Shown here: positions 10,204 through 19,271 of the stretch, piece by piece | Layout: every line of letters begins with the position of its first letter | How positions within the stretch are numbered: the stretch's first letter is position 1 | Virus record (IMG/VR): IMGVR_UViG_3300026549_002532 | Coordinates: 1-64,000 of that record | Direction: 5' to 3' (one strand) | DNA: 64,000 bases | Source of the DNA: a virus | Lineage: Duplodnaviria; Caudoviricetes | Notes under the pieces: model-generated | The model's input: the letters and a program-made list of their open reading frames with translations, nothing else | Database searches by the model: none | Told to the model about the DNA's origin: nothing | Made by a program: the position numbers and the translations under genes

Positions 10204-10399
10204 ATAACCCGTGACATTTCTTGCAAATAGACATAAGATTTGAAAAATCATAAGCCTATAAAAGACATTGTCAACCTCGCCTATTGGCGAGCGAAATTTT
10301 CAATCCTTTGCAGGAACTTTGCCAATGTGCAACATTGTGCAAGAAAGTGAAAAAATCGAAGTGCGTAAATGGCTGAAAATCAGTCGATATTTCGACGAA

Positions 10400-12070
10400 T
10401 TTTCAGCCTCGATTTACGGAAATACACGATTTGTTAAGGATTGAAGAAATTAAAATGCTGTATATCAGCATTTTCTGGGGTACGGGGCTGCGCCCCGTTG
10501 CTGTCTGCAAAGACCCCCCGACCACCCTACGGAGCGATTTAGAAACTCGCCTTTTAGCCCGAGCGGAATGTGCGGTAAAATCGCCAATGTGAGCCGATGA
10601 ACCGAAAGGCACTTTCGGTTTCGGCGGCCCACTTTGGCTTCCGCTTTTTCCGAGATTTTCGGCGAGCCGAAAATCGTGTGACGAAATTGTGCCTCGAACT
10701 CGCTTCAAGGCTTGATTTTAGATAATCACGGCTACGGCTCGGCAGAGTTCAAGCGAGCTTGACTCTGCACTCGCCTTGCACGTGATTTGTGATTAGACGA
10801 TGTCGATGTGCGGTGGAGCGCAGGCAAGGGAGCAAGCGATTGAGGCGCAAGAGTGTGTGCAGGTGAGCCATAGGCGTTGCCCGAGAACTTGTTGAGCATT
10901 GGCTTTTGCAGTGACCGCAATCGGGTGTCAGCGCGGCGAAGCAAGCCGACCCCCGACTTGCAACGGAGAAAGCGCATGCGCTCGGGCAAACGCCGTCCAT
11001 AGCGAGCCGATAACCGCAGGTGTTACACTTTCTTGCGCCGATTGAGCGCGACGGACGCAGCCGCAGCGGAGCGGCACATCGAAATCGGGGCTTGGGGTTG
11101 GGGCATAAAACAATGTGTTTACACTTCTCTGTCCTCGCACAGCAGGTAGTGGGCATGGGCAGCGACCGGAGCAAAGAGTGAGAGTGAAACGTGCCGCAGA
11201 CCGGCGGCAGTGTGGTGCGACTGTCCTTTCCTCTTGACAGCGCAACTCGTTTGCGCGTAACGGAGAACCAATCGTGGCAGCGTGTGGCTCATCGCTGACG
11301 ACCGACCGCAGGGCGGTTTGTCAGCGATATGGCAGGAACTGCGAGCCACTTGGACCGGGCAAATGTAGTGCAGCGAATGAGTGTGTCAATGGCAGTCAGC
11401 GGCGATACCCCTTTGCGGCACGCAAAAGGCGTGGGCTTGCTTATGATGTCGAATTGGGGTTGGAGCGCAGCGCATACCCCAATATACTCGAACATCAAGA
11501 GCGAGCCGAAGCCGTGGGGTGTCGGCGCGAACAGACTGCCATGCCAGACACTTTCAGCAGCGCAACGAAATGCCGAACAGTCCAACTTGCGCCACGATTG
11601 ATGAGCGGTAAGGCGCAAAGCACATAACGCAAACAACCGCAGCGCAGCGGAGGTTGGCTTGCGTGTGAAGGCTGCCGCTTGCAAGGACACCCCATAAGCG
11701 CAGTCTTGGGGTGTCCCTGCAAGCACGAGGCCAGCCTGTTGTGCCTTGCGTCCTGTGAGCGAATGAAGTTCGTAGTGTAAAGGTCCAGAGGAAAATCAGG
11801 ACACAGAGAGGTGGTCTCAGCGCAAGCCGAGACCGCCGAGCGTCAAGCACCATGTACTGCCGACAATCAAGTGCCGAACTTTTTGTGCAGGGAGCGTAGT
11901 CCACGCCCTGCGTGCCGTGTGAGGGTGCTTTTATTTGGCAATGCTTACATTGAAACAAAGGGCGGGTTTGTGGGGTTTTCAGCGGCTCGATCCGCTGATG
12001 ATTGAGACGAAAAGGCCTCGCCTCGCGGCGAAGCCTTCACCATTAACATAAACCTTAAAAACTTCATTTC
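10400..12070 (+). other. Long ORF-less, hairpin-rich tract (candidate structured RNA or ssDNA element)
   Basis: No credible CDS over about 1.6 kb; 16/17-bp stem 11678-11723; long-range pair 10844-10852/11031-11039; GAGCCGA at 10591, 10664, 11004, 11503. Confidence 0.4.
10747..10781 (+). repeat. REP-like dispersed palindromic repeat
   Basis: 27/35 identical to the reverse complement of 23370-23404. Confidence 0.55.
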
Positions 12071-12079
12071 ATGAAAAAA

Positions 12080-12628
12080 TTATTTACCTCTTTCTTTCAG
12101 CCAAATGATGATGATTGTACCAACGAGCAGCCCTGTGAGCAGGAGCCACGGCCACCACGTCACGTCGGGAGGCTTCATGATACCCACGTTGTCACGGGCG
12201 TAATGGTCTGCCTTGTCGATTGAGCGGTGAGCCGACAGTGTGTCCACCTGTTCAGCAAGACGCGCAGCGTCGCGCTGAACGATGTCGGCTTTGCCCAATC
12301 GTGCGTGTTTGCCCCGCAGGACAACCGAGCGCAGCGTAGGTTGTACTGCACCAAGGGCAAACTGTTCAGGCAGATCCATCGCCGTGTCACCGACCATTTT
12401 GCCGATTTCAGCAAAATGGTGAGTGGGTATGATAATCTCGAAGCTGTCGATGTCGAGGGAAATGCGGCTCAACCACTGCGACCGCGAAGTGGTCGCAATG
12501 GAACTTGAGCCAGCCGCCTCGATGTCGTACTGCTCTTTCGTGGTAGCCGTGGTTTCCTTATGACTTCGGCAAGCCACGAGCAAAACCACAGCAAGCATTG
12601 CCGTGGTTGTCGCGCGTGGTGTTCTCAT
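12080..12628 (-). CDS. Lipoprotein with C-terminal TM helix; candidate unimolecular spanin
   Basis: Lipobox 'LLVAC', C-terminal 'WWPWLLLTGLLVGTIIIIWL'; directly downstream of the endolysin. Confidence 0.6.
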   Translation of the reverse strand: MRTPRATTTAMLAVVLLVACRSHKETTATTKEQYDIEAAGSSSIATTSRSQWLSRISLDIDSFEIIIPTHHFAEIGKMVGDTAMDLPEQFALGAVQPTLRSVVLRGKHARLGKADIVQRDAARLAEQVDTLSAHRSIDKADHYARDNVGIMKPPDVTWWPWLLLTGLLVGTIIIIWLKERGK

Positions 12629-13248
12629 AGTCCGAAGTGTTTAGCGATGCAGGTGCGGTGCAGTTCTACAATCTTTGCCTTGCCCTCTGGTGATGAGAGA
12701 AAATCCACGTCCTCGTGGTTGTCTTGGAACAAGTTTTCTGTCAGCACCGCAGGGCAAGCTGTGTTCTTCACCACATAGAAATTGGCTTGCCAATAGTGTT
12801 CGCTGGGGATGGAGCGGTTGCCGCGCAACCCCATGGCGATTGCGGTATCGCAAAACGATTTGGCGAGCCTCTTACTCGCTGCGGAGCATTGTCGAGCCAC
12901 ATAGACCGCGAAGCCTCGTGCTGTGTGCCACTGCCCGTCAGAACCTGCGGCGTTGACGTGGATGCTCACGTAGACGCAGTTCTGCGTGCCGAACTTTGAG
13001 CAAATTCCGTTGACGTACCGGCAACGGAGCGAAAGTTCGGTGCTGCCCGGTCGTGGCACCTCGTCGCCTGGCATATCGACAAAGACGAGCAAGCCGAGTG
13101 CTTCGAGTTGTGGCTTGAGCAGGTTGATGACTTCACGGCTGAACCTGTACTCACGGAACTTCTTATCGGGCGAGCATTTCCCCGGCACGTTGCTGCCGTG
13201 CGCCGTGCCGAGGATGACTACTTTATTGGCGGTTGTGTTCTGCATCAT
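12625..13248 (-). CDS. Endolysin, N-acetylmuramoyl-L-alanine amidase (Amidase_3)
   Basis: Zn-binding motifs 'GTAHG', 'EYRFSRE', 'SIHVNA', 'VLTENLFQDN'. Confidence 0.9.
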   Translation of the reverse strand: MMQNTTANKVVILGTAHGSNVPGKCSPDKKFREYRFSREVINLLKPQLEALGLLVFVDMPGDEVPRPGSTELSLRCRYVNGICSKFGTQNCVYVSIHVNAAGSDGQWHTARGFAVYVARQCSAASKRLAKSFCDTAIAMGLRGNRSIPSEHYWQANFYVVKNTACPAVLTENLFQDNHEDVDFLSSPEGKAKIVELHRTCIAKHFGL

Positions 13249-13727
13249 GATTTCTGAGTTGTGTATAGTCTAATTTGATTTTCTGCGACCATCACCGAGG
13301 CGGTGCAATTAAAGCCATGGTTCTGTGAAATTTCTCCAATTAGTCTAACGCTACCATTCGATGTTACTTGATCTACTTTCAAAATAGCAGTAACAGAGTA
13401 TGATAGATTGTCCGGGTTGGCATTATAGATGACCGTGGTCTTGGGGTCGTCTTTCAAAATCTGCGCAAATTGCGCCACAGTGATTTCGGTCTGCGCCTCA
13501 TCGCAAGTAACCGCCTTGTAGAGCGGTGTTCCTCTGTAGTTTTCTCCGTTAAGCATCAGCTCGTAGGCATCGGGATTGTTCTCGATGGCATACGACTTTT
13601 GCGTGTATTCCGGTGTTGTTTCGGGCGCAACATTGTGGAACTTTCCGTCGCTGCCCTTGTAGCGCAGCGACCGCTCTTCGCCCTCGGTGACTTCCTGCGG
13701 TCTGATGTTCATTACTCTCTTTTTCAT
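13245..13727 (-). CDS. Hypothetical phage protein, paralog A
   Basis: N-terminus MKKRVMNIRPQEVTEGEERSLRYKGSDGK shared with 13731-14207. Confidence 0.75.
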   Translation of the reverse strand: MKKRVMNIRPQEVTEGEERSLRYKGSDGKFHNVAPETTPEYTQKSYAIENNPDAYELMLNGENYRGTPLYKAVTCDEAQTEITVAQFAQILKDDPKTTVIYNANPDNLSYSVTAILKVDQVTSNGSVRLIGEISQNHGFNCTASVMVAENQIRLYTTQKS

Positions 13728-13730
13728 AAC

Positions 13731-14207
13731 TTATGCGTTGTTTATGAACAGTCTAATCTCATTACTTGTCTTGTTGACGTATGCGTCAATGACATCTGTC
13801 TTATTACCTGCAAGTGTTCCCTCAAGCCGCACCTCACTCAAATCCGCATGGATTTGATTGGGACGCAGCAGGACAATTCTCTCATACGAGCCGGAACCTT
13901 TGGTGCGGAAGATTATCGTTGTGTTCGGGTCGGCAACGATGATGTCAACCAGTTCGCTTGCCGAGATTTCAGTCTTTGCCTCGTCGCAGGTGTAGGCGTT
14001 GAACTTTTTCTGTCCTCCGCCTACATATTGGCCGGAGAATACGAGTTCGTAGGCATTGGGATTGTTTACGACCGCATAGGATTGTGCGGTGTTACCGCCA
14101 TCGGGTGCGATGTCGTGCATCTTTCCGTCGCTGCCTTTGTAGCGTACCGACCGCTCACCGCCATCGGTGAATTCCTGCGGTCTGATGTTCATCACTTTCT
14201 TTTTCAT
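13731..14207 (-). CDS. Hypothetical phage protein, paralog B
   Basis: N-terminus MKKKVMNIRPQEFTDGGERSVRYKGSDGK; DNA 14101-14207 resembles 13621-13727. Confidence 0.75.
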   Translation of the reverse strand: MKKKVMNIRPQEFTDGGERSVRYKGSDGKMHDIAPDGGNTAQSYAVVNNPNAYELVFSGQYVGGGQKKFNAYTCDEAKTEISASELVDIIVADPNTTIIFRTKGSGSYERIVLLRPNQIHADLSEVRLEGTLAGNKTDVIDAYVNKTSNEIRLFINNA

Positions 14208-14692
14208 TGTTCTTCGGTGTTTGTAAAGTTAATAGTGGGACGTTTTCTCTCAAGTTCTTGCTTCTTGGCCATCATCTCCATTGCCTGGGTGACGATGGCT
14301 GCGATGTCGTCTTTGTTCTTGACAATGACGTTGAAGGTGTTTGCCGCCTCGCGCAACTCCTGCTTGTCGTGCGTGCTTTCAAGCACCGACTTCCATTCGC
14401 AGAAGATGTTGAACGCGCCCATGAGCAGCGTGAAGAACGGTGCGGGCAACACGACGGAAGTCAGCACGTCGATGCAGGAAAGGCACAACATGGGGAGAAA
14501 GTACTTGGTTGCTTTCTCGGTGGTCATTTTCAATGCCCGGCTTGTTGTGACTTTACCTGCGAGTTTCGCCTTGCGCAGTCCGGCGATGAAATCGACGGTC
14601 ATCGCCAGTATCACGGCGATGTATGCGATGGCGAGCCACACGGCATGGATGTGTAGTGAGGCGTTTTTGAGTGTTTCGATAAGAAAATCCAT
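14204..14692 (-). CDS. Phage holin
   Basis: 2-3 TM segments, 'VDFIAGLRKAK...TSRALKMT.EKATKY' Bacteroidetes holin-like pattern, charged C-terminus, upstream of the amidase. Confidence 0.75.
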   Translation of the reverse strand: MDFLIETLKNASLHIHAVWLAIAYIAVILAMTVDFIAGLRKAKLAGKVTTSRALKMTTEKATKYFLPMLCLSCIDVLTSVVLPAPFFTLLMGAFNIFCEWKSVLESTHDKQELREAANTFNVIVKNKDDIAAIVTQAMEMMAKKQELERKRPTINFTNTEEQ

Positions 14693-14784
14693 AGATTTCA
14701 GTCTGATTATTTGGTTGTTAAAGAAATTGTTTGTACCTTTGTAGCATTCAAACGATAGGGCCGCTGCTCTGTCCGTATATATGG

Positions 14785-14928
14785 ATGTCGCTCTTGCTCA
14801 TCCTTGTCTTTATAGGTGTGCTCTCGCTCACCTTTTTTTGTGCCTACCGCTCGAAAATCCATTCGAAGCCCTCCGCTGTAATAGCATTGCTGACGTGGAA
14901 CGGCACGATTGGCGTGACGAGGTTTTGA
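14785..14928 (+). CDS. Possible small membrane protein (moron)
   Basis: -7 box TACCTTTG near 14733 followed by MSLLLILVFIGVLSLTFFCAYR; overlaps the 3' end of the tail-fibre gene. Confidence 0.25.
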   Translation: MSLLLILVFIGVLSLTFFCAYRSKIHSKPSAVIALLTWNGTIGVTRF

Positions 14929-16331
14929 GCCAGCAGCCTCTGCCGCTTGCGAGCCTTTTGGTTGGCGAAAGCGAGTCCATAGAGCAAGCGCACTTTGCGG
15001 TTGACAAAGTTGCCTTGTTCGTTCTTCCTCATCAGCTCCACTCTTGACTTGCCGTATGGCACATAAGGGCGACCACTACTTATGTCCGTCGCTTCGTTTA
15101 TGAAGAAGCGTGCTTCACACTGATAGTCTTCGAATTCATCAAGTTCGAGATTGTCATGAGGCAGCACTTTCTTGGAAATTTTCACTTCCTCGAGTGGCCC
15201 GAATGTGATGGTGTCGCAGTCACCGACCACATTCCAGCCTTTGCGCAGTTCGCCATGATCCTTGATGCCATTGATTTTTCTCCTGTTCCGTTTTCTTGAA
15301 TATCGGAACAGATATGGCGTGTAGCCTTGCCGCACGAGCGCGAGTGCGCCATGCAGACGCAAGGCTTCAATGCCGCGGTTGATTTCTATGGCGAGAGGGA
15401 AATAAGTCTTGTTTACGGTGTAGCCGTCGCTGCCGAACACGGCTTGCCGCAGTGCTTCCAACTGCTTGCAGTGCGCTGCAGTCATCACTCCTGCGCCATG
15501 CTGCGAGGCTGCCGAGAGAAAGAACTGCTGCAATTCTATCTCTCGCTCGCCAGTGGCGAGGTTGTAGCCGAACAGCTGTATGCCGATTCTGTTGGTGTCG
15601 ATGAGGCATACCGATGCTCCGTCGACCACAGCCCCTGCGCCTTGCACGGTGCGCATCTTGGCTTGCAGGGTGGAGATGTCGGTCTTGGCGTTGGCGAGCG
15701 ACGTGACGTGCGCCACCGTCATTGCTCCCGCCTGGCTGGTGTTGGCAGCAGCGATTGAGCAGGTGCCCAGCCCAGCGAAATCCTCACCTGTTCGCACATC
15801 GTGCTTGGTGAGGGAAAGATTAATCTTTGAGGCATTGCCTGTTCCCTGGCGAATGTCGGTCACGACATAGCCAGCCGCTTGAATCGCCGCCAACTGCCAT
15901 CCGTGCTGTTGAGCGGTGGACTGCAAGGCGGTAACCGCCGAGCGCACCTGCGGCAGCGAGGCCTGTAACGACATGATGGCTTGCACATGGCTTGCTGACA
16001 TCACCCCGGCTTGCATGTCGGTTGCCGCCGACAGCGGCACCGACGAGGTGAAGGTCGCGCCGTTGCGCAGACTTCTGCCTTTTAGTGTGAGAAACATGTG
16101 CTCCATGTCGACCATGCCGGTAGCGTGGGCGACATCATAAACGACGACGTATTGCGAGAGCATCGTTTTCCAGTCATCGAGGATTTGCCGCTCCGCGTCC
16201 GTCGATGCGGTGGCGAGCAGGTCGACAATATCTTGCAGCAGCTTGCCGACAGTCTCTGGCGAGATGGACTCCTTTTCTGTCTCGACCCGAAAAGCGGAAA
16301 CGAGTGAGGTGAGTTGTGAAATATCAATCAT
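14844..16331 (-). CDS. Tail fibre / receptor-binding-like protein
   Basis: Likely start MIDISQLTSLV at 16331; three internal repeats of 'AA..xQAGxM(T/S)AxH' with coiled segments. Confidence 0.55.
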   Translation of the reverse strand: MIDISQLTSLVSAFRVETEKESISPETVGKLLQDIVDLLATASTDAERQILDDWKTMLSQYVVVYDVAHATGMVDMEHMFLTLKGRSLRNGATFTSSVPLSAATDMQAGVMSASHVQAIMSLQASLPQVRSAVTALQSTAQQHGWQLAAIQAAGYVVTDIRQGTGNASKINLSLTKHDVRTGEDFAGLGTCSIAAANTSQAGAMTVAHVTSLANAKTDISTLQAKMRTVQGAGAVVDGASVCLIDTNRIGIQLFGYNLATGEREIELQQFFLSAASQHGAGVMTAAHCKQLEALRQAVFGSDGYTVNKTYFPLAIEINRGIEALRLHGALALVRQGYTPYLFRYSRKRNRRKINGIKDHGELRKGWNVVGDCDTITFGPLEEVKISKKVLPHDNLELDEFEDYQCEARFFINEATDISSGRPYVPYGKSRVELMRKNEQGNFVNRKVRLLYGLAFANQKARKRQRLLAQNLVTPIVPFHVSNAITAEGFEWIFER

Positions 16332-16351
16332 AATCTTTTGCGATTTTGTTG

Positions 16352-16386
16352 CAAAAGTAGATTGATACGGTTGCTCAGCAAAAGAC
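16352..16386 (-). promoter_or_regulatory. Phage module promoter copy 3
   Basis: CAAAAGTA 16352-16359, 20 nt, AAAAGAC 16380-16386. Confidence 0.7.
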
Positions 16387-16424
16387 ACGATTTTTGGCGA
16401 AAAAATTGTACCTTTGCAGCCACT

Positions 16425-16748
16425 ATGACACGAGAAGATGCGATAACTTTTTGCCGTTATTATAAAGGTGAGGATGAAAGTCCTTATTCAGACCAAAACG
16501 AATCGATGCTTTGGTTTTATGAACGTGCATGGGTATATAAAATGTTTCATGAAGATACTGATAGTTTTGGAATAATGTTGGAAGAATACTTATTCTCAGG
16601 GCTTTCAGACTTTGAGAAGTTTGATGATATACCGATAACTCTAAAGGCTTTATTGTTCAATCGTTATTGTAAGACTGCTCAATCTATGTTGTCCGCAGTA
16701 GAACCTTTCAAAAAATTTTATCATAAGTATTACACTGACCATCAATGA
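16425..16748 (+). CDS. AT-rich moron, hypothetical protein
   Basis: Own -7 box TACCTTTG just upstream; MTREDAITFCRYYKGEDESPY..., opposite orientation to the phage genes. Confidence 0.7.
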   Translation: MTREDAITFCRYYKGEDESPYSDQNESMLWFYERAWVYKMFHEDTDSFGIMLEEYLFSGLSDFEKFDDIPITLKALLFNRYCKTAQSMLSAVEPFKKFYHKYYTDHQ

Positions 16749-17179
16749 TTGCGCCCGAAATCTTTTGATAAAGCAGAACATAGGATGCCCGTGAACGAGC
16801 GTCCTATGTTGTCTTCATAGAACTCTTTGATTCGCATGACCGAAGCGTAATACTTTCGCGAGAACCAACGGCGGCGTTTGCGCTTTTTGGCACGGCCGAG
16901 ATCGCCGGAGTTTCCACGAGGCGTTTCTCTGCCGGTGCCGTAGTCCTGCCACAAGCCGTATTCGAGAAAGGCTTGTGAGAGGCCAACCTCGAAAAAGCGA
17001 CCGTCGGCACGCACCGGGAACGCCTTTGGCGATGCCAGCAGTGCGCCGGTGTCGATGACACCAAGCAGCGTGATTTGCTCCTGCCAAATCTTCAGCATGG
17101 TGTCATTGAAGCCGTTGACGAACTTCTGTCGCTGTTCAAGGGCTTGTTGCTCGGTGATGTTATTCCCACTCGTCGGCAT
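16742..17179 (-). CDS. Phage neck/tail-completion-like protein
   Basis: Basic 145-aa protein in the head-tail joining position. Confidence 0.5.
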   Translation of the reverse strand: MPTSGNNITEQQALEQRQKFVNGFNDTMLKIWQEQITLLGVIDTGALLASPKAFPVRADGRFFEVGLSQAFLEYGLWQDYGTGRETPRGNSGDLGRAKKRKRRRWFSRKYYASVMRIKEFYEDNIGRSFTGILCSALSKDFGRNH

Positions 17180-17660
17180 TGTATCTCAAATCGGTATAGA
17201 CATCGACGGCGATCTGAAAAAAAGCGCAGGCGCAGCCCGAGAAAAAATATCGGTCAATTTCGTTGAACGATATTCTCGGGTCAAGGTAGATGCACTGCTG
17301 CTCCAGTTTGGTTTTCTCCAAAATGAGCAGCGACATGAACTGGCGGAACAACTCGCGCATGGTGTCCATGCAGGTGTTGCGAGCCTTCATGTCATCAATC
17401 TTGTGGCGCATCGCCATGAACACTGTCTTCACACGGCGCGTGCGCGGTGTGTTGTTCAGCTCGGTGAAGCCGTTGGCGATGTCGCTCACGCAGACAAATG
17501 CCAGCGACTGCTGCATATTGTCAAGCGCCTCCTCGAACCCGTCCAGACCGCTGACACGGCAAAAGGTGAAATGTTCACTTTTTGCGAGGCGGTTGGTCGC
17601 GGTGAGGTGTTCAAAAAACTCGGTCGCGTTCCAGCGACCATCGGGAAACAGATTGATCAT
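17160..17660 (-). CDS. Phage head-tail joining/terminator-like protein
   Basis: Overlapping operonic gene in the connector block. Confidence 0.5.
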   Translation of the reverse strand: MINLFPDGRWNATEFFEHLTATNRLAKSEHFTFCRVSGLDGFEEALDNMQQSLAFVCVSDIANGFTELNNTPRTRRVKTVFMAMRHKIDDMKARNTCMDTMRELFRQFMSLLILEKTKLEQQCIYLDPRISFNEIDRYFFSGCACAFFQIAVDVYTDLRYNADEWE

Positions 17661-18433
17661 TTCGTTGGGAATTTACGATTTAGTTCTTCATACTCGCGTG
17701 CTTGCGCATCGAGTTCGGTGAGTGCCCGCCAAGTGTCGAGCGAGAGCACTTCTTTCTCTTTGGTGATGTCGCCTTTAGTGAGGGCACGAATTTGAGCGTT
17801 GACGGCGTTTTGCAGCATTTCATACTGCGAACCGCCGTGCTCAATCATATTGCCGTCGGCACCGCTTGCGTTGCCGGCCGGCTGAAAGAAGTGCTTGAAC
17901 ACTTTGGCGAAAAGGGCTTTGATCGAGGCGAACCAATAGAAAACAGAAACCCTTTCTTTGTCACAAAGTTGAATGTTTTCAGCATCGTAGAGCTGCTTTG
18001 CCATCTCATCGAGCAGGTTGTCCTGCTTGGTGGCTAGATAACCCTGATAGAGGTTATCGCAGACGATGAACGTCTCAAACGGCACTCCCTCGAAGTCCGA
18101 CGGCACGGCTCGGTGTCTGCCGATCCGTGCGATGCGGACGGGCATAGTCGGCAGCGTGTCAATCCAATCGAGCGAGGTAATGGCGGCGATGATTTGCGGA
18201 GCAAATATGACAAATTCGTCTTTAGCGAATTTGCAGTACCAGCCTTTGCCGTAGCGGTGCATTACCTGCATACCCGACCATCTGAACAAGCAATAAGTCT
18301 TGACTTGTTGCGATGGGAAATTCAACGAGAGCAGACCGAACAAGTAACGGAGTTGCTTGTCGGTCAAAACTTCCCATCCTGTGGGAAGTTTGAGGTCGAT
18401 GTTGACCACGGGTAAATCAGAAGAAGTAGCCAT
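17657..18433 (-). CDS. Conserved phage structural hypothetical protein
   Basis: Likely start MATSSDLPVV; translationally coupled with its neighbours. Confidence 0.6.
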   Translation of the reverse strand: MATSSDLPVVNIDLKLPTGWEVLTDKQLRYLFGLLSLNFPSQQVKTYCLFRWSGMQVMHRYGKGWYCKFAKDEFVIFAPQIIAAITSLDWIDTLPTMPVRIARIGRHRAVPSDFEGVPFETFIVCDNLYQGYLATKQDNLLDEMAKQLYDAENIQLCDKERVSVFYWFASIKALFAKVFKHFFQPAGNASGADGNMIEHGGSQYEMLQNAVNAQIRALTKGDITKEKEVLSLDTWRALTELDAQAREYEELNRKFPTK

Positions 18434-19271
18434 GCGCTTGTTTTTTGTTCTCGAAGATGGGTGGTTCAAAAAGTTTGTAGGTAGCGGATTGCCGGAACTC
18501 GGGGAATAGCGCATCGTGCTTACGCATGTAATCCACGATGTCGCGCAGCGACGGCACGTTCAGGGCGTTGCCCTGCAGTGCCGCCACCACGACCGAGCGT
18601 AACCGCTCGATGACTTGGGCGTGGCTTCGCTGCGTGAGCGAGAAGTCCCACGACATGGCGAACACCTCGTCACGGAACACGGCGAGTTGTTCCGGCGACA
18701 CATATTCCTCGGCGATGCGCTGCTCAATGTCGATGGCTTTAGTGCGCAAGCCTAAGTAGTTCGCCCACCGATGGTCGGTGAAACCGCAGAGGTTGGCGAG
18801 GTCGATAAATGGGAACAGCGTGGCGGTGAACCATCGGCGAATGGTGGTGTCGTACCATTCCGTGATGCGGAACAGGTACGCCACCAGCTGCTCTATGCAG
18901 TCGTCTCGGCTGGCTTCGAGCGAGGCGATGAGCCGTGCCACGCGGTCACGGCTTGCCGGTACCACGTTCTGGTTGCTCACAATGCCGAAGCCATTGGGCG
19001 TGAGCACCAGGTCGAGGCTCGGCACGGCACGCATCATCGCCTCATGCGTCACGACGCACGCGGCGGTGACGCGCACCGGCTCGTCGGGGTCGAGCGTGAG
19101 GAAGGTGTCGGCGAAGCCGTCACCCACGAACTGCGAGAACAGCCACCGCTCAGCGGTCTGGAGCCACGGCAGCACGCGGTCGAAAAAAGGCGTTTCGCCT
19201 CTCGCTGTGGCGAAAGCGTTGGGCAGGTATCTGCGCAACTGCTCGTCATTTGTTATCAGTCTTGTTGCCAT
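18417..19271 (-). CDS. Head-tail adaptor-like protein (DUF6712-like)
   Basis: Follows the portal; motif 'VPSLDLVLTPNGFGIVSNQNVVPASRDRV'. Confidence 0.6.
   Translation of the reverse strand: MATRLITNDEQLRRYLPNAFATARGETPFFDRVLPWLQTAERWLFSQFVGDGFADTFLTLDPDEPVRVTAACVVTHEAMMRAVPSLDLVLTPNGFGIVSNQNVVPASRDRVARLIASLEASRDDCIEQLVAYLFRITEWYDTTIRRWFTATLFPFIDLANLCGFTDHRWANYLGLRTKAIDIEQRIAEEYVSPEQLAVFRDEVFAMSWDFSLTQRSHAQVIERLRSVVVAALQGNALNVPSLRDIVDYMRKHDALFPEFRQSATYKLFEPPIFENKKQAHGYFF

Noticed and set aside
10232-10266. Seventh AAAAGAC promoter copy
   Set aside because: The -7 partner at 20-nt spacing is CATAAGAT rather than CAAAA(G/T)TA, and no phage gene starts downstream.
11971-12020. Hammerhead-like core: TTTC...CTGATGA-TTGAGAC-GAAA with a plausible stem III
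   Set aside because: Stem II cannot form (no G10.1-C11.1 pair) and stem I is out of register; at best a decayed relic.
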